From: an uncultured Candidatus Babeliaceae bacterium
Lineage (GTDB): Bacteria > Babelota > Babeliae > Babelales > Babelaceae
Length of the DNA: 32,000 bases
Direction of reading: 5' to 3'
Assembly (NCBI GenBank): GCA_963704655.1
Contig: OY969927.1
Location: forward strand, 830,137-862,136
Of the stretch, positions 16,491-23,814 are shown in pieces. Numbering within the stretch: the stretch's first letter is position 1; each line of letters starts with the position of its first letter. Both the position numbers and the translations under genes were made by a program. Below the pieces are notes generated by a model that saw only the letters and a program-made list of their open reading frames with translations, was not told the DNA's origin and ran no database searches.

Positions 16491-17560
16491 TAAAATTTGC
16501 CAAACCATCATTTCCGCCTGGATGGATTTTGCCTGACGGAGCGAAGATTTTAAAAAGAATCGATAAGCAAGAATTTGCTGAAGTGTTTGAGCTGAATACC
16601 GGAGAGTATCTTTATTTATTTCATGAAGAAAAAATTGCAAAAAAACTCAAAAGCCGCGGAATTTCACATGAAATCTATTTTATTAGCGGTGCAAAAGCTA
16701 TTGGGAAAAAATATTCTGACCATAAAGATGGTGATCTTCCAGAAAGGTTGAAAAATATTATCCAAAGAAGAGGGCTAGATGCTATTGCAGGTATGACTGC
16801 ACTTAAGAACACTTTAGTTAGAGATGTTATTCAGCCGTTTCTAAACTGGGAGGCATATGAAAAATATGGCGTTACCCCATCTAATGGTATTCTTTTATTC
16901 GGCCCTCCTGGTTGCGGTAAAACATTTATAGCAAAAAAACTTGCAGAGGCAATGAAAGCTGAGCTTATTGAATTGAGCGAGGGAACCGTTGGTAGCCCTT
17001 ATATTCATGCAACCTCCACAAACATTGTGCAGGCGTTTCAAAAAGCTGCGATGGTAGCTCCATCTGTACTCTTTGTAGATGAAATTTCAGGATTAATGCC
17101 AAGAAGAGATGGACTATCTTCACAAGAGCAATACAGAGAAGCAGAAATCAGCGAATTTTTGATGCAGATGGAAAGCAGTGTAAAGAATAAAGTCCTAGTA
17201 GTTGCAGCAACTAATTTCCCAGAGAAAATCGATCCGGCAATTTTACGTTCTGGGCGAATGGATAAAAGAATCTTTATCTCACCCCCTGATGCAGAAGCAA
17301 GATGCGAATTATTGCACCTGTTTTTAGAAGAAAGACCCATTGATAAAGAAATCGACTTTGAAGAACTTGCCAGGATCACAGAAGGGCTAATTTCTTCTGA
17401 CCTAAAATTAATAGCTAACAATGCTGCCCTGAAGGCGCTACATAAGAATGCATTAATTTCTATGGAGTTATTAGCAGAAGAAGCTTCACAGTTTAAGCCA
17501 TCCTTAACTCAAACTGAACTAAATCGATATCGTGAATTCGAAGGCTACAATAGAGGTTAA
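16487..17560 (+). CDS. Classic-clade AAA+ ATPase (single AAA module) with an unrecognised N-terminal domain
   Basis: 357 aa with Walker A GPPGCGKT and Walker B VLFVDEI. The sensor-1 / second region of homology is VVAATNFPEKIDPAILRSGRMDKRIFISPPD, followed by a C-terminal helical lid. Confidence 0.88.
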   Translation: MIKFAKPSFPPGWILPDGAKILKRIDKQEFAEVFELNTGEYLYLFHEEKIAKKLKSRGISHEIYFISGAKAIGKKYSDHKDGDLPERLKNIIQRRGLDAIAGMTALKNTLVRDVIQPFLNWEAYEKYGVTPSNGILLFGPPGCGKTFIAKKLAEAMKAELIELSEGTVGSPYIHATSTNIVQAFQKAAMVAPSVLFVDEISGLMPRRDGLSSQEQYREAEISEFLMQMESSVKNKVLVVAATNFPEKIDPAILRSGRMDKRIFISPPDAEARCELLHLFLEERPIDKEIDFEELARITEGLISSDLKLIANNAALKALHKNALISMELLAEEASQFKPSLTQTELNRYREFEGYNRG

Positions 17561-17909
17561 AATCTTTTTTATTAATAATAACGACGGAGTGCTTCTGCGC
17601 ATGTTGAAATTTAATGATAACTTTAATTCAGAGGCATTTTAATTCAGACAAAAGTGATAAAGCATCTAAAAATCGTTTAAATATACAGCCCAATATTAAG
17701 TTAAAATAAATATCTTTTTCGTTATTAAGGCAAAGAACTTAATTATGATAATTTTGTAAATGCTTTAATACGTTGGTATTTCGTTATTGATATATTGCAT
17801 AAATCCATCTATACGCGGAGATCTCTTCCTTTTTGGGATTTTGCTTGCATTTCTTTTTAACGACAAGATAAGGTAAAAAAATAAATAGAACTTATACACG
17901 AGAAGAATA

Positions 17910-18008
17910 ATGGATTATGAAACTCTTCAATCGCTTGCTACCTTTACGTTTTTTTTATCAGTTTATAATTGGTTTAAAATATGTAAGTGCAAATGTGAGC
18001 GAAAATAA
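17910..18008 (+). CDS. Possible 32-aa hydrophobic, Cys-rich mini-protein
   Basis: My own translation gives MDYETLQSLATFTFFLSVYNWFKICKCKCERK*. It has only a weak RBS (GAGAAG) and sits just upstream of the 2-TM ORF. This call is speculative. Confidence 0.2.
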   Translation: MDYETLQSLATFTFFLSVYNWFKICKCKCERK

Positions 18009-18020
18009 AGAGGTATCAAA

Positions 18021-18242
18021 ATGATGGGCGCTGTTTTAGAAATTCTATCAATGATAGTATTTTTTTCTGTATTCCCATTAACTTTTTATTTAATTTTCTA
18101 TGTGGTTACTAAGATTGGAAAAAATAAGATAGTAACAGATGAAAAGACCAACCAACACAATCAATTGGTTAACCTGCTTCAAACGATTATCTGGCTCCTA
18201 ATTGTTTGCATAGTGCTTTTAATTACTCGATGGCACTATTAG
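18021..18242 (+). CDS. Small two-TM membrane protein
   Basis: 73 aa with a good SD (AAGAGG, 6-nt spacing). Two hydrophobic helices are separated by the charged loop KIGKNKIVTDEKTNQH. Confidence 0.5.
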   Translation: MMGAVLEILSMIVFFSVFPLTFYLIFYVVTKIGKNKIVTDEKTNQHNQLVNLLQTIIWLLIVCIVLLITRWHY

Positions 18243-18278
18243 ATTTTTCTTTACTCAATCTCGCTGTATGGCACTTCA

Positions 18279-18680
18279 TCACATATATTTTGGGATTTCT
18301 ACAACAACAACTTTGGTTTCCCCTTTATTTTCTGATTTATCCCTTAAGTTCATCAACCACTTACGATATTTGGGGTCATACAAAGGCATTGTATGCAGAA
18401 CTATCTGCTTATCTAACACCCCTTCTTGAGCAAGGCGTTCACGTCTTGAGCCTATTAATGTTAAGGCTATATCGTAAGCTTTGGCAAAGTATTCTGAGTT
18501 AGCTGGCAAATCATGAAAGATTTTTGGTGACATCATAATGCTAATTGGGAATTCATCTAAGGTAAGCGCATCTGGGTTCTTCGCCCATTCGGCAAACTCA
18601 TCTGCCAATTTTTGATACTCTTCTTCACTTGTAGGTGCTGTACGAAATTTGAGCAATTTATTTTTTTTAGAAGCTGCCAT
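18279..18680 (-). CDS. Hypothetical protein, possibly small-terminase-like (gp3-type DNA-binding)
   Basis: 133 aa. The pattern FAEWAKNPDALTLDEF...SEYFAKAYDIALTLIGSRRERLAQEGVL resembles phage DNA-packaging small-subunit or HTH proteins. The assignment comes from pattern memory only. It overlaps the upstream gene by 14 nt. Confidence 0.4.
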   Translation of the reverse strand: MAASKKNKLLKFRTAPTSEEEYQKLADEFAEWAKNPDALTLDEFPISIMMSPKIFHDLPANSEYFAKAYDIALTLIGSRRERLAQEGVLDKQIVLHTMPLYDPKYRKWLMNLRDKSENKGETKVVVVEIPKYM

Positions 18681-18933
18681 ATGATATCTCCTGGCTATAG
18701 ATTAAATCTTTTAGTGTTCTGTGGCTTTTTCGTATCTCGCTAATTAAGCTACGGTTATGTGTCCGTTCCGCCTTTGCAACTTTGGTTTTATGGCCATGCT
18801 TTTTGGGTATCGCTCCCCCATGGTAATAGCATCTGCCATTTTTCATAGCTGCTTGACGGCACGATAAACCGAAATTACTTCTTGCTTTAGCACCGCATCT
18901 TGGAAGCGATTTAAAATTCATCTTGAAGCGCAT
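18667..18933 (-). CDS. HGGxSTG-type Cys-rich domain protein (mobile-element associated)
   Basis: RCGAKARSNFGLSCRQAAMKNGRCYYHGGAIPKKHG matches the CGAKTRSG..C...AM.NGRC..HGG signature common in phage and plasmid genes. The true start may be Met5. Confidence 0.55.
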   Translation of the reverse strand: MRFKMNFKSLPRCGAKARSNFGLSCRQAAMKNGRCYYHGGAIPKKHGHKTKVAKAERTHNRSLISEIRKSHRTLKDLIYSQEISYGSF

Positions 18934-18963
18934 AAAATATCTTTCGTAACTGTTTTATATGAA

Positions 18964-18989
18964 AACGACGAGAATTTTTTCTCGTCGTT
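18964..18989 (-). terminator. Hairpin terminator downstream of the 19017..19364 gene
   Basis: AACGACGAGAA (18964-18974) and TTCTCGTCGTT (18979-18989) form a perfect 11-bp stem with a TTTT loop. On the minus strand the stem is followed by TTTTC. Confidence 0.6.
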
Positions 18990-19016
18990 ATAAAGCTATT
19001 TTAGAATGTATAAAAA

Positions 19017-19364
19017 TTATTCTCCCAACAAACCGTGATCTTTGAGCTCTTTAATAGCATCAGGAGAGTCTTGCAAAAGCGTTTGAATTAATTGCGGTTT
19101 TCTCATTTGCATCATTGTCGCCATCATAGGATTTTTAAGATACTGGCTATAATCATATAATGCCAATTCAACTGCATTGCTAACGCCTAAAGCTTCCTTT
19201 TGTTGCCCAGCCAAGTTTTTAACAATGTCTGTTTTTTCAATAAAATGGTCAAAGCCAGCTTGTTGTAATCGAGCTGTTAAGACCTTAGCTTCTGGTAAAG
19301 TTATCAAAACTGCTTGAAGCGAAGCTCCAGTAACTAGTAAACTTAAAAACAAAAGTTTTTTCAT
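19017..19364 (-). CDS. Small secreted hypothetical protein
   Basis: The track ORF extends to 19466. The internal ATG at 19364 has an AAAGGA RBS and yields a clean signal peptide (MKKLLFLSLLVTGASLQA), so I prefer the 115-aa form. Confidence 0.55.
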   Translation of the reverse strand: MKKLLFLSLLVTGASLQAVLITLPEAKVLTARLQQAGFDHFIEKTDIVKNLAGQQKEALGVSNAVELALYDYSQYLKNPMMATMMQMRKPQLIQTLLQDSPDAIKELKDHGLLGE

Positions 19365-19455
19365 AATATTCCTTTGTAGATTGGTTTGTTTTAATTTAAG
19401 ACTTTCTAAAGAAATTATAGAATGAATACCAAAAAATATCAAAGAAGCGCATGGG

Positions 19456-19908
19456 CTATTCTCCATTTTTAGATTTGCCCCCTACTTGAACCATCGCATT
19501 AAGCACAGCGTTGCCCTCAGAATGCACGTTGTAGTTAACGTTAATAGTTTGACTCTTGCCACGGTACTGTTGAAGTGTATTAAGAGCCTGGTGGCTAAGT
19601 CTTATCATCATCATTCCCTGCCCTATAATGTTGTAATTATCTTCTTCAATAATGGACATGGCCTTTAAGTGAAGCGCGACATATTGTGCAGCAAGTATAG
19701 ACTCAACAGTATCTTTGGGATTAATACCTCGTATTAAGGCAATAACCGCATCAACATCCTTTGCTGAAGGATCATAAATAGACGGGCCATAGATCATGAG
19801 CATTGCACGATTTACAAGCAGCCTTGCCGCATCTTGATTATCGCAGTTTATAGCTTCAACAAGAAGTGAAATTTGACTTGGCAACGATATTTTTTTTGTT
19901 TTCGCCAT
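19456..19908 (-). CDS. Conserved mobile-element hypothetical protein
   Basis: 150 aa with RBS GAGGAA upstream. The C-terminal pattern RLSHQALNTLQQYRGKSQTINVNYNVHSEGNAVL resembles a hypothetical family I have seen on plasmids and ICEs. I cannot name the family. Confidence 0.55.
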   Translation of the reverse strand: MAKTKKISLPSQISLLVEAINCDNQDAARLLVNRAMLMIYGPSIYDPSAKDVDAVIALIRGINPKDTVESILAAQYVALHLKAMSIIEEDNYNIIGQGMMMIRLSHQALNTLQQYRGKSQTINVNYNVHSEGNAVLNAMVQVGGKSKNGE

Positions 19909-19919
19909 GGATATTCCTC

Positions 19920-20151
19920 GGTTGAAAGGTTGAACGACTTCATTATCATGTTCAAATTATAATTCTAGCTCTAGGTCGATGGATTGCTGTCGATAAAAGG
20001 CTTGGTTGAAGGGTTGATAAATCTTATTACTCATTTTAAGTATCGATCTTGATCAACCCTTCAGTTTTAATTATTCATTATTAAATAAATATAGCCTATA
20101 GGATGTTTTTTAGGTTGAAACTACATTTCAACTTTTTTCAACAACTTCAAC
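19920..20151. repeat. Iteron-like GGTTGA(A/T) array with a 12-bp inverted repeat; candidate replication origin or operator cluster
   Basis: GGTTGAA occurs at 19920, 19928, 20004 and 20113, and GGTTGAT at 20012. Inverted copies are ATCAACC at 20052 and TTCAAC at 20127, 20137 and 20146. TGAAGGGTTGAT (20007-20018) and ATCAACCCTTCA (20052-20063) form a perfect inverted repeat around a 33-bp AT-rich spacer. Confidence 0.5.
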
Positions 20152-21813
20152 TATTACAGGTTTATAGATCCAATCCTTTCGGTGCTCTTTTTTTTCAAAA
20201 GTTACTCTACCACTGTCGATTAAAGTTTGAAAAATATACTCATATTCTTTAGAACCACCCTTCAACTTTTTTGAGGTAATAATTTGCGCCCACGTAACAG
20301 GTCTTTTTGAAGCAGCAGCCCATTTGCAAAGAGCTTCATGCATTATACGGCACTTCCGTTCATGCTCAGACTCTCCCAATTCTCCCTCAAAAAGCTGAAT
20401 TGTGGACTGTATAGCGCGATGCAAGATCGCAAAAGCAGCCCAGAGGGCTTCCTCGCTTATATCTTTTGTAGTCGGATCTATAAAAAGCTGTATGATCATT
20501 GCTAACTTTAAAAGATACGGACTCCATCTTTTTAAGTATGGGTCTAAGATTTCTCGACTTCGGTCGCTATAAGCTTTTGGCATATCATTGATTTTTTTAT
20601 GCATCGCTTCAAATACTGCTTTTGCAGAGCCTGCAAGAGGATTGAAGACGTAATTGTCACTTATCGCATCTAAAACATCCATTATTTCTGCTTCAATTTC
20701 ATGATCCGTTTTTTCTGTGTGGGCAGGCAAAGCAGGTGGAACTTCTTCTTGATGAGGTGGCGTAAAAATCAAAAAGCGGGCGAAAAATCCACTAGGGATA
20801 TCCGTTATTTTAAGGTTATCTTGAATCCAAGGTAAAGTAGAAACGCCACATATGGAAAAGCAAGGGCGTTCTAATATACAATCGCCCTGTGTTTTGGTTT
20901 TATATCTATAAGATGGTGGAACATCATAAAGTTCGGTGAATATAGCTTTTAAATCATTATTATGGTTTTTATCAAAATTTTGTAACCATGCTCCAAATTC
21001 ACTGGCAAGAATAACTCCTTGATGCCCTTGGCTTAGATGTTCGAGTAGGGCCTCTGCTGTCATTTTATTAGGCAAAATGACGTCTTGTCTTGAAATCGCA
21101 AGTATATCTTCCTCGATCATTTTTTTTTCTTTTGGATCTATTGTTATGCGGAGTGATGCATGTAACTTTTTGATCTGATCAGTTATGATTTTATTTTTTA
21201 CCCAAGCAAGGTTGGCCCCTTTATTAAGTGCCGTGCTCTTAAATTGTCCGCTTTTTGTGATGGATAGTATCCATAAGTTAGGAAAAAGAGTTTGAAAATA
21301 TGGGTATGAAACACGCTTTCCTAAAATAGCAGAGATTGTAGCCATCACAGACATTGTTATCATTATTGGGTGCGCATTTGTTGTTTCGCAAATAGAGAGT
21401 ATATAAGTACTGAGTGGAGGCGGTAGAAGCGATGGAGTAAAACCTTCGCAAGGATCGTCTTTTTTTTGACCAACCACAGACAATTTCTCGAGCTCTAAAG
21501 GTAGAAGATCATTCAAGCCGGCTTTGTCACAGAGTGAGTTAAATTCGGCTTGTTCATTTTCATTTAGCGGATGCGAATCATAAGTATACTCAGCGCCATC
21601 GCCCCAGTACATACATGTTAAGGATTCTTGATTATTTCTTAACGTAACTGATGCCATATACATAGCTGGTTTATTATAAGGTTGGGCTATATATTCGTAA
21701 GTATTACCATCTGGTGTGATCGGTCCATCTATGGCCAGATCATGTTCAGCCATATGTTGTCGACATTCTTCAAATAAATTACGTTTTTTTATGATATAAT
21801 TAAGATTATTCAT
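20128..21813 (-). CDS. DUF3987-like (YfjI-like) replication/helicase-type protein
   Basis: 561 aa. The segment FTPSLLPPPLSTYILSICETTNAHPIMITMSVMATISAILGKRV...NLWILSITKSGQFKST matches my memory of the DUF3987 core with a deviant P-loop. This family is typical of phage-like islands and satellites. Confidence 0.5.
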   Translation of the reverse strand: MNNLNYIIKKRNLFEECRQHMAEHDLAIDGPITPDGNTYEYIAQPYNKPAMYMASVTLRNNQESLTCMYWGDGAEYTYDSHPLNENEQAEFNSLCDKAGLNDLLPLELEKLSVVGQKKDDPCEGFTPSLLPPPLSTYILSICETTNAHPIMITMSVMATISAILGKRVSYPYFQTLFPNLWILSITKSGQFKSTALNKGANLAWVKNKIITDQIKKLHASLRITIDPKEKKMIEEDILAISRQDVILPNKMTAEALLEHLSQGHQGVILASEFGAWLQNFDKNHNNDLKAIFTELYDVPPSYRYKTKTQGDCILERPCFSICGVSTLPWIQDNLKITDIPSGFFARFLIFTPPHQEEVPPALPAHTEKTDHEIEAEIMDVLDAISDNYVFNPLAGSAKAVFEAMHKKINDMPKAYSDRSREILDPYLKRWSPYLLKLAMIIQLFIDPTTKDISEEALWAAFAILHRAIQSTIQLFEGELGESEHERKCRIMHEALCKWAAASKRPVTWAQIITSKKLKGGSKEYEYIFQTLIDSGRVTFEKKEHRKDWIYKPVIVEVVEKS

Positions 21814-21875
21814 TAAAATCTCTTTTCGATTGAGGCCATCTTGGCATATGGTGGCCTTATTTTGTTATGGATATG

Positions 21876-22142
21876 TCAATTTCTAACAATTTCTTCAAAC
21901 TTTGAAACCACCTCCCTCTCTATATGTTCCGCTACTTCTTTATTAATTGGGTAAAAAACATTGAGTCCTCCAGTGTGGTACTTTCTGGTCGGGTAAGTTA
22001 ATCGGTATCCGCCACGAGGGCGAGTGAAGATACCTATCGCACTCATATAAAAACAGTCATTTAAAATGAAGCTTGCGAATCCTACTAAGCCATTTTGGGG
22101 TTTAACAGGTGTGATCCGGATATTGTTGATTTGATATTGCAT
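21876..22142 (-). CDS. SpoVG-family nucleic-acid-binding protein
   Basis: 88 aa. NIRITPVKPQNGLVGFASFILNDCFYMSAIGIF...GGYRLTYPTRK...FYPINKEVAEHIEREV aligns with the SpoVG pattern (V.L......G..KA.ASI.LD..F.V..I.V....G.FVAMPS.K......HPIN). An AAAGGA RBS is present. Confidence 0.6.
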   Translation of the reverse strand: MQYQINNIRITPVKPQNGLVGFASFILNDCFYMSAIGIFTRPRGGYRLTYPTRKYHTGGLNVFYPINKEVAEHIEREVVSKFEEIVRN

Positions 22143-22290
22143 ACGTTTTTCCTTTATTTACTTTTTGTTTTTGATCAAGTTCCATTAATGCTATAAACAG
22201 ATCTGCAAGTTGCTTGCGCTCATCTGCTGATATCGGCTGTGTTCCTCGTGGAGGAATATGAATTTGCATTTTTAAGGATTTTTTAATCAT
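22102..22290 (-). CDS. Small hypothetical protein (doubtful)
   Basis: 62-aa ORF overlapping the SpoVG-like start by 41 nt. It has no clear RBS. Confidence 0.3.
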   Translation of the reverse strand: MIKKSLKMQIHIPPRGTQPISADERKQLADLFIALMELDQKQKVNKGKTYAISNQQYPDHTC

Positions 22291-22444
22291 GGGGCTATTG
22301 TAACCCCATATGTTAGGCCTAAATTAGGTCTAACTAGACTTAATCCACAAAGCGTTGAATCGTGCGTGTGTGAAGGTATTTAAAGAAATTGTAATGATGG
22401 CTATAGCTAAGAAAACTTTAATTTTAGCCCAAAAAGTATCGAAT

Positions 22445-23620
22445 TTAAGGAAGATATATGGGATTAATACGAACAAAAGACATATCAAAATCAAGAAAAT
22501 CTTTTAAACCGCATTCTGCGAATAGTTTCTGATTTATGTGCACACAAGCATCGTACATTGCCTGCATACCATCATCTTCAGGAGCTGTTCCGACAATATC
22601 TTCATACAAATTTTTAAAATAGCGAGGCAGATTTCTGTTGTTATATTTTCCTGAGAGATCTTCGAGTATTTTTCCAGGGTATCCATAAGCAGATCTGGGG
22701 TTTTTATTAGATTTTTTTTTATCCATTAATGCGAAGTTACGAAATTTTGCTATTTTCCCTTGACATGAGAAATATCTCTTTTTAGGACAATAACTCCAAT
22801 CTGTGATTTTAGTTTGCGGAATAGACATGGCGTGAATCAGCCTTTTTTGAGCATAAAGATGTAACTGCTGCATATACATTTTAAAATAGCGTGGATTAAA
22901 TCCTTGCTCGGGGAATTGAGTATCTTTTGTTGGGCCTATGGCCCGATTAAGAGCATTGTTGCGAACGGTCAAGGTAAGGTCATAAATAGGGTGTTGCTTA
23001 TGCGCAATGGCTTTTCGCTCTTTATGCTGTTTTTGATCGTAAATCCAGAGAAAGTCTGTGAGGTTATCAAGAACCCACCATTCACGCGTTAGTTTTATAC
23101 GATTAAAATGGTTATTTTCCTCAGACAACTCATCTGTATTGATATCAAATGTTATAGGTTGCTGAAGATTAGCCTCGTCGATCCTAGCATGTTGCCGTAT
23201 AAAAGGACGATGATCTACTCTTGTGTCTCGTAACAAGAACTTAAAAATATTTATTAATATCGTTAGTTGCATGAAAAAAGCTACAACAGAAAGATCTTGT
23301 TTGATCCAAGGCAGCGAATTAATAATATTTGGATCATTTATATTTTTTTCCTTGATGTAAGCTTGCAGACTCTTACAGATTGACGAAGTTTTTCTAAATA
23401 ACTTTTTCAGCAGAGAATTGAGTGGAGCAAAATCACCATGTCTGCTATTCCATATCTCGTTGGCTATTGGAACGAGTACTGGATCGGTTATGAATAATTG
23501 AGTAAACCTAGCAATTTTTGGGGCTGAAATTTCGATACTGTCGACATCCATGTATTCGCAAAGTACGCCTAATTCCTCTAGAAGTATCTTTTCTGGGTTC
23601 ATATTATTCTTGATATACAA
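22445..23620 (-). CDS. Hypothetical protein, first gene of the element's minus-strand block
   Basis: 391-aa ORF with no recognisable motifs. Confidence 0.65.
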   Translation of the reverse strand: MYIKNNMNPEKILLEELGVLCEYMDVDSIEISAPKIARFTQLFITDPVLVPIANEIWNSRHGDFAPLNSLLKKLFRKTSSICKSLQAYIKEKNINDPNIINSLPWIKQDLSVVAFFMQLTILINIFKFLLRDTRVDHRPFIRQHARIDEANLQQPITFDINTDELSEENNHFNRIKLTREWWVLDNLTDFLWIYDQKQHKERKAIAHKQHPIYDLTLTVRNNALNRAIGPTKDTQFPEQGFNPRYFKMYMQQLHLYAQKRLIHAMSIPQTKITDWSYCPKKRYFSCQGKIAKFRNFALMDKKKSNKNPRSAYGYPGKILEDLSGKYNNRNLPRYFKNLYEDIVGTAPEDDGMQAMYDACVHINQKLFAECGLKDFLDFDMSFVRINPIYLP

Positions 23621-23814
23621 CTTTTATGGTTTTACATTTTTAATTTCAACAAAAAGGATACAGTATATTTTGATCTAACACATAATTTATTTGCAGAAAA
23701 TCATCAGGTTTTGCCGTTAGCAGCAATTATTTTTTTAAGCTATTGCTGGTAGGAACAGACGAATGGCGTAGATTATGCTATTTTCTATAAAAGAGTTGGT
23801 GAAATATTCCGATA

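Noticed and set aside
17038-17421. 127-aa minus-strand ORF
   Set aside because: It lies entirely antisense to the AAA+ ATPase gene, whose motifs are unambiguous.
12193-17560. Reading the operon as ordinary housekeeping DnaK-DnaJ-ClpB/FtsH
   Set aside because: Several features argue against it. There is no GrpE, the J-like protein has no HPD, Gly/Phe region or zinc-finger region, and the Hsp70 has a large insert and tail. The AAA+ protein has a single module with no protease domain and no ClpB-type second AAA module or coiled-coil middle domain. The genes also sit inside a mobile element in opposite orientation to it.
18021-18242. Holin call for the 73-aa two-TM protein
   Set aside because: The size and topology fit a holin, but no endolysin or spanin gene is present anywhere in the element, so the call would be unsupported.
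18206-18502. 98-aa plus-strand ORF
   Set aside because: It overlaps the better-supported minus-strand 133-aa gene, which is coupled to the HGGxSTG gene. It has no RBS.
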